Shown here piece by piece: positions 1 through 6,231 of a stretch of 6,231 bases of DNA. The notes below the pieces were generated by a model. That model was not told the DNA's origin. It ran no database searches and worked only from the letters and a program-made list of their open reading frames with translations. The translations under genes and the position numbers were made by a program. The stretch covers positions 1 to 6,231 of the forward strand of contig JBJCIZ010001001.1 of the NCBI GenBank assembly GCA_051294375.1. The letters are read 5' to 3'. The stretch's first letter is position 1. Every line of letters begins with the position of its first letter. The stretch comes from Paraspadella gotoi (taxonomy: Eukaryota > Animalia > Chaetognatha).

Positions 1-467
1 ATTAGTTGTGATTTTACATTGTTTCTCGGCGAGCTGCTAGCTAGGCCAGCACTCCTTGCGTGGACGCGGAACTGGCGTAACCCGGACGCCAGGCCGTTGA
101 CCTGAGGCGTCGGTGAGAGGGGGGAGGGGCTCGGACGGACTGTTGGGGCTGCAGGCGAAAAGATTCCCATTTTGATCAGGTGACGTTTTTATGCGCCGGG
201 AGGCCTGGCCGGTTTGCTACTTCTGGCCGTTGAGTGTGAGATGAGTGTGTGTATGTCACTGTCTCGTCTCGCACAGCTGCGTCCTGGTTTGTTAGCAAAT
301 ATGCTAGTCGTCGCATGCGGGGATTTCAATTTGAAGTCAATGTTATTCGGCGGACTGACGCCGGTACGGGCTTTTGGTTAAGGCCGCTGGCAAGACCCGG
401 TTTTACGCCGAGGCGCTGCACGAAGCGTTGGGGTCGTTGTCCTGGGGCTCCGGAGGTGTAAAATGTG
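1..467 (-). pseudogene. Frameshifted duplicate of the integrase C-terminal region (3235-3695)
   Basis: Collinear with 3235-3695. Exact shared blocks are CATTTTGATCAG (168-179 / 3399-3410), CGGGGATTTCAA (318-329 / 3549-3560) and ACGCCGAGGCGCTGCACGAAG (405-425 / 3632-3652). Many small indels lie between them. Confidence 0.92.
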
Positions 468-612
468 TTTTTTTCCTGCCATCCTTATTGTTTCTCGTCT
501 TGACACAACATTGCTGAAACTGCTATTCGAGCTGTCTGGTCCGACGCTTTAGAATAACTCAACTCGTTGGAAAATACATAATACCATCTTCATTACTTCA
601 GTAGTAGTTGTT

Positions 613-747
613 GTCTTTCTCCTTCTTTCTCTGTGCGTGCTCTCTGTCCTTCTCTCTCCTGCTGGATGCTGCGTGTATTCTATATACTTACATTTTCTGC
701 TTTCTTTCTGTTGCTTTCTCTCTCTTCTTTCTCTTTCTCTTTCCTCT
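613..747. repeat. CT-rich low-complexity tract
   Basis: Imperfect (CT)n/(CTTT)n runs, e.g. TTTCTCTCTCTTCTTTCTCTTTCTCTTTCCTCT at about 715-747. Confidence 0.75.
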
Positions 748-1489
748 ACAATTTTTAATGTTGCGGGCTGCAGACGAGAGGCCCAAGTGTTCTAGAAGTG
801 TTGATGCTCCCGGTCGAGTTTCGGGTGAATGGAAATATCTCCCACGGCCTTCAAAGGCAAGCCCGCCGATCTCGAAAGAGACCCTGCTCACAAACCAACA
901 GTCATGTAGTTAGAGAGCTGCCGCCAAGATGCCCTTCGTATTCCACCTCTCTCTATTAGTTGTTGTCTCGTATATAAAGACAGTTCTCCTTATCAAAGAA
1001 ACTCGATCCTTTTTACAAACCAGACTCCTCACTACTGACAGATATACACCATCACTTTGGGGTCCTTGCGTAGTGTGACCAGATGTCCCACTGCAGGATG
1101 GTCCTATATCCGCACTGGTTCATTGAATTGTATAAGATGAGTGACTAGATTTCAACTTTAAAATGCAGGAAGTAACACGAAGAGAGAGATATTAAACTAT
1201 ATGGTGATCGCCGTGGCTACCAGTCGTTTAGTTCTCCCATGACATTTGAAAGGACCTAAGCCTGTTCCAGCAAGATGAGAATACCTCAGCTTCGTAATTT
1301 TTCGGAATCTCCAGAAAAATCGTCGGTTCGGTCCGTCTGCCACCCAGAGTTTTTAAGTCCGGCGGTCATAATTCTTCCTTAATGAATGTTACCGTGCTGC
1401 TCGGCGCCCCACCAGTCCGTCCAGAATCCTGTCTCAGATCGATCGCTCCTTTGCTAAAAAAATGGTCAACTACGTCATAGTGTCATTCC

Positions 1490-2406
1490 TATCATAAATT
1501 GATCCGGCTCCGATGTACCAATGAGTTATATCGAAATGCCTTTGGTCCATGTGCGGAAGAAGAAACCTTCCAAAACTTGTATCGGCTCGGACTTGCTGCA
1601 CAGAGCCGACTCCCGCGCCCCCGAAATGACAAATTCAGCGAAATCCCCATAACAATATATTTGAGAGACTTTTTAATACTATGTCTTATCCTCCTTGTTA
1701 TAGTCATCGGCAGTAGTATGGGCCATTTTTGGGCAATGGTGATATTTCCTGCATTCTCTCAGTATATGATCGCTAAATCCTACGTATATTCGATGAGCAT
1801 TCTTCCTCTCCAAAAAATCCAAAGCCTCCCTCGCCGCCGGCCCCGGAGCGGTCGCCGGACGTGCGCGAGGGCGTAAACTCGTCGGAGGCCAAGACTTAAG
1901 GACGCGCACCAGTTTGGGCATGTCGAGATGGTCCTAGGACTGCGAATCGCCGAGGTCGCGCCCCAGAGTGTCGAGGGCGACGAGTGGCAGCGGGGTAGGA
2001 CCATGCGATAATTAATCACCGCCATCATACCGAGTGCCGCTCGACTAGTCAAGGTCAGAATTTGTGTGATCGAGGCAGACGGGTATGGTGTTGCGCGGGC
2101 CATATTTAGACACGGTCGAGTTGCAGACAAGGTCCGAGAGACATGGTTGCCGAGTTTGACTTTACGGAAGCTGAGAGGGCTGAGCGAGGGTCTCCGTCTC
2201 GTCGACGCTGGAAGGGTCGCCATCTCTGGTAAGGCGTTGATCGGCCGTTGACGCCGGGTGGAGGTGGAGGAATAGAATCCTTGAGCGTGGGGTAATTGGG
2301 AGAGTTTTCTCTTGATCGGGGGTCTCTAATTGAATATGATTGAGGGATGTTGAGGTTCGCCTGTTTCTCGGAGACGGGATGCTGACGGGTCTCTCGAATT
2401 GCTCAT
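1490..2406 (-). pseudogene. gag: Probable disrupted or garbled gag of the downstream unit
   Basis: GC-rich sequence directly 3' of the PBS, where gag is expected, with the first ATG at 2406. There is no long intact ORF. Only weak motif traces are visible: VKL (~2160), LGD (~1950), and HGPKAFR(Y) (1528-1551), which resembles the inner part of a Cx2Hx9C knuckle. The call is mainly positional. Confidence 0.45.
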
Positions 2407-2449
2407 TTATATGCTTTGAGGGCCGGTTGAAGGTTGGAGAATTGTTCCT

Positions 2450-2463
2450 CGTTGGGATCACCA
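2450..2463 (-). promoter_or_regulatory. Primer binding site, tRNA-Trp-like
   Basis: The minus strand reads ...CCCACA-C-TGGTGATCCCAACG. This matches 12 of 14 positions of TGGTGACCCCGACG, the complement of the common animal tRNA-Trp 3' end (recalled sequence, not searched). Confidence 0.8.
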
Positions 2464-2614
2464 GTGTGGGATGCGTGAATTTGAGTCCAGTAGAACGGAA
2501 GTGGCGCTGTCGTTGACGCTCGTGCGTTATCGAATTTCATTGAACTTCGTATAAAGTTAGTAAACCAACGTTTGGTTAATGGCATAAAATGGAACCTTAA
2601 TAAAATAATCAAAG

Positions 2615-2663
2615 CATATAGATATTCCATTTGCTAACAATTAGCACATGCAATATCTATATG
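2615..2663. repeat. Near-perfect inverted repeat (49-nt hairpin) inside the LTR
   Basis: CATATAGATATT-C-CAT-T-TGCTAA-[CAA]-TTAGCA-C-ATG-C-AATATCTATATG. 21 of 23 stem positions form Watson-Crick pairs around a 3-nt loop. Confidence 0.9.
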
Positions 2664-2675
2664 AACAGTAACAAT

Positions 2676-2770
2676 AATAAATGAAATCAATTAATTTAGC
2701 AATCAATAAACGAATTAATAAACAATAAATAAAATCAATTAATTTAGCAATCAATAAACGAATTAATAAA
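2676..2770. repeat. Tandem duplication with a 48-bp period, 2 copies, inside the LTR
   Basis: 2676-2722 versus 2724-2770 match at 46 of 47 positions. The core AAATCAATTAATTTAGCAATCAATAAACGAATTAATAAA is exact. Confidence 0.95.
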
Positions 2771-2957
2771 GACATTATATAATCATGGTAAACAAGCTTG
2801 TTTGAGTGAGATGATTTTCCTTGAAATGCTTTGTAAAACCAATAGAGTAAATCAGATCAAACAGCTGTCTTAATTAAGTTGTGTTCCTTTGTTTCAATAT
2901 GACAAAAGACCAACAAGTAAGTTAGTATTAATCATAAAAGTATTCTTAATGAACTTC

Positions 2958-2965
2958 CTCTTATA
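2958..2965 (-). promoter_or_regulatory. Candidate LTR TATA box (TATAAGAG)
   Basis: The minus strand has CATATAAGAGG about 65 nt inside the LTR 5' end. Motif match only. Confidence 0.4.
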
Positions 2966-2972
2966 TGTCTAA

Positions 2973-3030
2973 GTGGCGACTCTGGTTGGACTCTGGCTCA
3001 AGGCCGGAGAGTCCCGGGTTCAACCCCACA
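2973..3030 (+). other. tRNA-like segment with a Pol III B-box, antisense to the element, at the U3 edge of the LTR
   Basis: Contains an A-box-like TGGCGACTCTGG (2974-2985), an anticodon-arm-like TCTGG-CTCAAGG-CCGGA (2992-3008), a 5-nt variable-loop-like GAGTC, and CCGGG-TTCAACC with B-box GGTTCAACCCC (3017-3027). There is no acceptor stem and no folding D-stem. Confidence 0.45.
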
Positions 3031-3040
3031 TCCCCCCCAG
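3031..3040 (-). promoter_or_regulatory. Polypurine tract (plus-strand primer site)
   Basis: The minus strand reads CTGGGGGGGA immediately followed by TGTGGGG, about 120 nt after the pol stop. This is the canonical PPT/LTR junction geometry. Confidence 0.85.
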
Positions 3041-3156
3041 ACGGAAATATAAGTATTTGCGGAAAAAGTTTGGGCTCAAAAAGGTAAGTATTAACGGAGT
3101 ATTAAATAAAAGCAAAGTATAATATAACATACAATATTCAGTAACTATAGTTTGAT

Positions 3157-4098
3157 TCATATGTGCCCGAGCAAATGTTTAAGGACTGCGTTGTAATTCG
3201 GGCGTGAATTTATTAAAGTTTTATCCAAAGGTTCATTAGTTGTGATGTTTACATTGTTTACTCCCGAGCGGTAGGCCAGACCCTTTGGCGTTGGACGCGG
3301 AAATGGGCGTAACCGAGCAGGGCGTTGACGCTGAGGCGCGGGAGAGGGGGGAGGTGCGCCGGACGGGACTGTTGGTGCTGCTGCGGAAAAGAATTCCTCA
3401 TTTTGATCAGCGTTTTCATGCGGTCCGGAAGGAGGCGTTTCTACTTCTGGCGGCGTTGAGTGTTGAGATGAGCTTAATTCACTGTCTTCGTCTCGCCACA
3501 GCGTCGCTGGTTTGATGCGCGAAATAGCTATTGTTTGGACGTCGCGACCGGGGATTTCAACTTTGAAGTTCAAGTTATCTCGGGAGACGACGCGGTACGG
3601 GCCTTGGTAAGGCGCGGTCAAAGGCGGTTTGACGCCGAGGCGCTGCACGAAGACGTGGGTTGCATCGACGAGGGCATCGGGGAGGTAAAGATGTGGCGCC
3701 CGATGCTTTGAAGTTTGTGTTGGTTGTAATCGTTCTACCTCCATTCTGAGATTGTTCCTGAGGATTCGGCGTTGTTCCGGGAGCTCGTTGTCGCCGGGAG
3801 GTGGGGGTAAAAGATCGCCGGGGACGGTCAGGCCTTCTCCAAAGACAAGGTCTGCCGGGGAGGCGCCGATATCTGGCTTGATCGTCGTTCGGATCGCAAG
3901 GAGAGCCGTCGGGAGACGCCAAAACCATTGGTGAGGTTCCTCACCTCCAAGGGCGATCAGGGACTCCTTAAGACGACGGTGGAAACGCTCCACGAGTCCA
4001 TTGGCCTGCGGGTGGTACGCAGTTGTCTGGTGGTGGCGAATCCCCCAGGTTTGTGCGAGTTGATTCCACGTGGCGGCGTTAAACTGGGCGCCGCGGTC
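3157..4098 (-). CDS. pol: Pol polyprotein, partial: integrase catalytic core (D-35-E), GPY/F module and Pro-rich C-terminal tail
   Basis: Reads DRGAQF...TTAYHPQANGLVERFHRRLK. D (4096-4098) and E (3988-3990) are 36 codons apart, giving D(35)E. Also contains LPTALLAIRT, SPADLVFG and LTAPYQGPYRVV (GPY at 3595-3603). Stop codon TGA at 3157-3159. Confidence 0.96.
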   Translation of the reverse strand, partial: DRGAQFNAATWNQLAQTWGIRHHQTTAYHPQANGLVERFHRRLKESLIALGGEEPHQWFWRLPTALLAIRTTIKPDIGASPADLVFGEGLTVPGDLLPPPPGDNELPEQRRILRNNLRMEVERLQPTQTSKHRAPHLYLPDALVDATHVFVQRLGVKPPLTAPYQGPYRVVSRDNLNFKVEIPGRDVQTIAISRIKPATLWRDEDSELSSSQHSTPPEVETPPSGPHENADQNEEFFSAAAPTVPSGAPPPSPAPQRQRPARLRPFPRPTPKGLAYRSGVNNVNITTNEPLDKTLINSRPNYNAVLKHLLGHI

Positions 4099-5077
4099 NN
4101 NNNNNNNNNNNNNNNNNNNNNNNNNNNNNNNNNNNNNNNNNNNNNNNNNNNNNNNNNNNNNNNNNNNNNNNNNNNNNNNNNNNNNNNNNNNNNNNNNNNN
4201 NNNNNNNNNNNNNNNNNNNNNNNNNNNNNNNNNNNNNNNNNNNNNNNNNNNNNNNNNNNNNNNNNNNNNNNNNNNNNNNNNNNNNNNNNNNNNNNNNNNN
4301 NNNNNNNNNNNNNNNNNNNNNNNNNNNNNNNNNNNNNNNNNNNNNNNNNNNNNNNNNNNNNNNNNNNNNNNNNNNNNNNNNNNNNNNNNNNNNNNNNNNN
4401 NNNNNNNNNNNNNNNNNNNNNNNNNNNNNNNNNNNNNNNNNNNNNNNNNNNNNNNNNNNNNNNNNNNNNNNNNNNNNNNNNNNNNNNNNNNNNNNNNNNN
4501 NNNNNNNNNNNNNNNNNNNNNNNNNNNNNNNNNNNNNNNNNNNNNNNNNNNNNNNNNNNNNNNNNNNNNNNNNNNNNNNNNNNNNNNNNNNNNNNNNNNN
4601 NNNNNNNNNNNNNNNNNNNNNNNNNNNNNNNNNNNNNNNNNNNNNNNNNNNNNNNNNNNNNNNNNNNNNNNNNNNNNNNNNNNNNNNNNNNNNNNNNNNN
4701 NNNNNNNNNNNNNNNNNNNNNNNNNNNNNNNNNNNNNNNNNNNNNNNNNNNNNNNNNNNNNNNNNNNNNNNNNNNNNNNNNNNNNNNNNNNNNNNNNNNN
4801 NNNNNNNNNNNNNNNNNNNNNNNNNNNNNNNNNNNNNNNNNNNNNNNNNNNNNNNNNNNNNNNNNNNNNNNNNNNNNNNNNNNNNNNNNNNNNNNNNNNN
4901 NNNNNNNNNNNNNNNNNNNNNNNNNNNNNNNNNNNNNNNNNNNNNNNNNNNNNNNNNNNNNNNNNNNNNNNNNNNNNNNNNNNNNNNNNNNNNNNNNNNN
5001 NNNNNNNNNNNNNNNNNNNNNNNNNNNNNNNNNNNNNNNNNNNNNNNNNNNNNNNNNNNNNNNNNNNNNNNNNNNNN
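4099..5077. other. Assembly gap or masked run of 979 N, expected to hide the RNase H C-terminus, the integrase HHCC zinc finger and the first catalytic Asp
   Basis: The N run is seen directly. It is flanked by RNase H (GWEP) on one side and integrase (DRGAQF) on the other. About 326 codons is a plausible length for the missing pol segment. Confidence 0.9.
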
Positions 5078-6229
5078 AGGCTCCCAACCCTGCAGCGTCC
5101 TCTGCTCAAGCACTGCGCCGACTGCAATATCCGAGGCATCGGTTGTTAAGGCCAGTTGAGCATTTGTTTGGGGATGACGGAGTAGGGTTGCATTGGCCAA
5201 AGCTTCCTTGATCGCATTGAAAGATGTTGCGCATTCTTCCGACCAGTTGAGTTGCTTTGGTTTGCCAGCAAGGACGTCGTAGAGGGCTGCTGCGTGATGT
5301 GCTGCATTTGGTATAAACCGACGGTAATAATTTACCATTCCAAGGAACCTCTGCAACTCCTTGACGGTTGTCGGCGGATTGGTGGAGCGGATTGCCTCCA
5401 CCTTTTGGGGAAGGGGCTTGACGCCGGTTGCATCCACCAAATATCCAAGAAATTCCAGAGATTCCTGACCTAAGATGCATTTCTTGCGGTTTACGACAAG
5501 GCCGTTTTCGGCAAGGGAATCGAAGACGGCTTCCAGATCCTTCAGATGTTCCTCAGCATCTGTGCTGGCAACGAGAATGTCATCAAGGTAGACGTAGGTG
5601 TGGGGAATATCTCCCAATATTTCGTCCATCATTCTTTGAAAGTCTTGCCCTGCGTTTTTTAATCCGAAGGGCGTCCTCAAGAATACGAACAATCCAAAGG
5701 GAGTGATGACCGCTGTCTTCGGAACATCCTCGTCGGCCACTGGGATCTGGTGGTAGCCTTTTAAGAGGTCGATTTTAGAGAATATCTTCTTTCCCGCAAG
5801 TTCGGCGTTGAAATCCGCCAATAACTTGACGGGGTATCGGTCGTCCTTTGTTTTTGCGTTGAGCCTGCGGAAATCTCCGCAGCAACGCCATCCTCCGTCG
5901 GCTTTCGGTACACAGAGGAGCGGAGACGACCATGAACTTTTAGCCCTCCTTGCTATGCCGAGTGATACAAGTTTTTCGAGTTCCGCCTTGGCTACTGCAA
6001 GTTTCTCCGGCGGAAGGCGACGCGCTCTTGCTTGGCAAGGGCTTCCAAAGGTCGGGATGTGATGCTTAACGCCATGCTTCGGTTCCTTTATTTCGAAAGT
6101 GGGCGTTGAGAGCGTTGGATAACGATCGAGCAATTTATAAAAGGCGTTATCTTCCTGGTCGACATAATTCACTCGGGATGGAGGGCTGGCCTCTGAGACG
6201 TCGCATGTGATGGTCGAGAGGTCGCGCAA
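5078..6229 (-). CDS. pol: Pol polyprotein, partial: reverse transcriptase and RNase H N-terminus (open at the window edge and at the gap)
   Basis: Uninterrupted frame with Gypsy RT motifs SSWSSPLLCVPKADGGWRCCGDFRRLN, FSKIDLLKGYHQIPV, PFGLKNAGQDFQR, YLDD (5579-5590), KC and FLGY. It continues through the thumb/connection region (LQRFLGMVNYYRRFIPN) to the RNase H first motif LTTDAS...GAVLEQ (TDAS at 5132-5143). The listed 'M' at 6229 is a TTG at the window edge, not a real start. Confidence 0.97.
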
Positions 6230-6231
6230 GT

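Larger units (their letters stand above)
2465..3030 (-). repeat. Long terminal repeat, 566 bp (only one copy in the window)
   Basis: Perfect 6-bp terminal inverted repeat TGTGGG (2465-2470) / CCCACA (3025-3030). It is abutted by the PPT at one end and by the PBS, after a 1-nt spacer, at the other. The interior is AT-rich and non-coding. No second LTR copy is available for confirmation. Confidence 0.85.
2465..6231 (-). mobile_element. Ty3/Gypsy LTR retrotransposon (CsRn1/Kabuki-like), 3' portion: pol, PPT and LTR; continues beyond the right edge
   Basis: The domain order on the minus strand is RT, RNase H, [gap], integrase, which is the Gypsy order. It is followed by a G-rich PPT and a TG...CA-bounded LTR. 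The lineage call is an inference from the tRNA-Trp-like PBS and RT motif style (KTAVITPFGLF...PFGLKNAGQDFQR), not from a phylogeny. Confidence 0.93.

Noticed and set aside
834-844. 11-nt match AATATCTCCCA to RT at 5606-5616
   Set aside because: The flanks are not convincingly collinear, so it is compatible with chance.
608-913. 101-aa hydrophobic ORF (and the opposite-strand ORF 688-891) as a membrane or env-like protein
   Set aside because: The F/L/S (or K/R/E) richness comes from translating the CT-rich tract. The starts are not ATG and there is no recognisable motif.
605-968. 12-nt direct repeat TAGTTGTTGTCT (605-616 and 957-968) as a target-site duplication
   Set aside because: It is a low-complexity word and the enclosed sequence shows no terminal repeats or other TE hallmarks.
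1395-1430. Protease active-site remnant (D-T/G-G-A-like) on the minus strand
   Set aside because: The position is plausible, but no frame gives a clean motif and no downstream ILGxDF was found.
1499-1876. 125-aa plus-strand ORF with a hydrophobic stretch
   Set aside because: It has no ATG start and no recognisable domain, and it lies antisense to the presumed garbled gag in sequence of doubtful accuracy.
2676-2770. CRISPR array
   Set aside because: Only two abutting copies with no unique spacers, located inside a eukaryotic LTR.
2967-3040. Functional tRNA-Leu(CAA) gene
   Set aside because: There is no acceptor stem, the D-stem does not pair, the T-stem pairs at only two positions, and the long variable arm of Leu tRNAs is missing. 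Kept only as a tRNA-like segment.
3285-6062. Short plus-strand and alternate-frame ORFs over pol, and ORFs running through the N gap
   Set aside because: These are shadow frames of a GC-rich coding region or artefacts of translating Ns.
5078-6229. Bacterial RT system (retron, group II intron, DGR)
   Set aside because: The RT is followed by Gypsy-type RNase H, a DDE integrase with a GPY motif, a PPT and an LTR. It is an LTR retrotransposon pol.

Overview
Eukaryotic Ty3/Gypsy LTR retrotransposon sequence on the minus strand, most consistent with the CsRn1/Kabuki/Boudicca lineage (Trp-type PBS, pol order RT-RNase H-IN, GPY motif, no chromodomain). The right half (3031-6231) is the pol end of an intact-looking copy: RT (YLDD) and the start of RNase H, a 979-N gap, then the integrase core and tail, a short 3' UTR and the PPT. 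A single 566-bp LTR (2465-3030; TGTGGG...CCCACA) has that PPT on one side and a PBS on the other, so it acts as the 3' LTR of one unit and the 5' LTR of the next. The second unit (1-2463) is garbled: a possible gag remnant, about 0.9 kb of unassigned sequence, and an indel-riddled duplicate of the integrase tail (1-467, matching 3235-3695). This is either a tandem array with a deleted partner or a noisy, permuted assembly. The LTR is highly structured, with an antisense tRNA-like/B-box segment at its U3 edge, a 49-nt near-perfect hairpin, several palindromes and a 48-bp tandem duplication.
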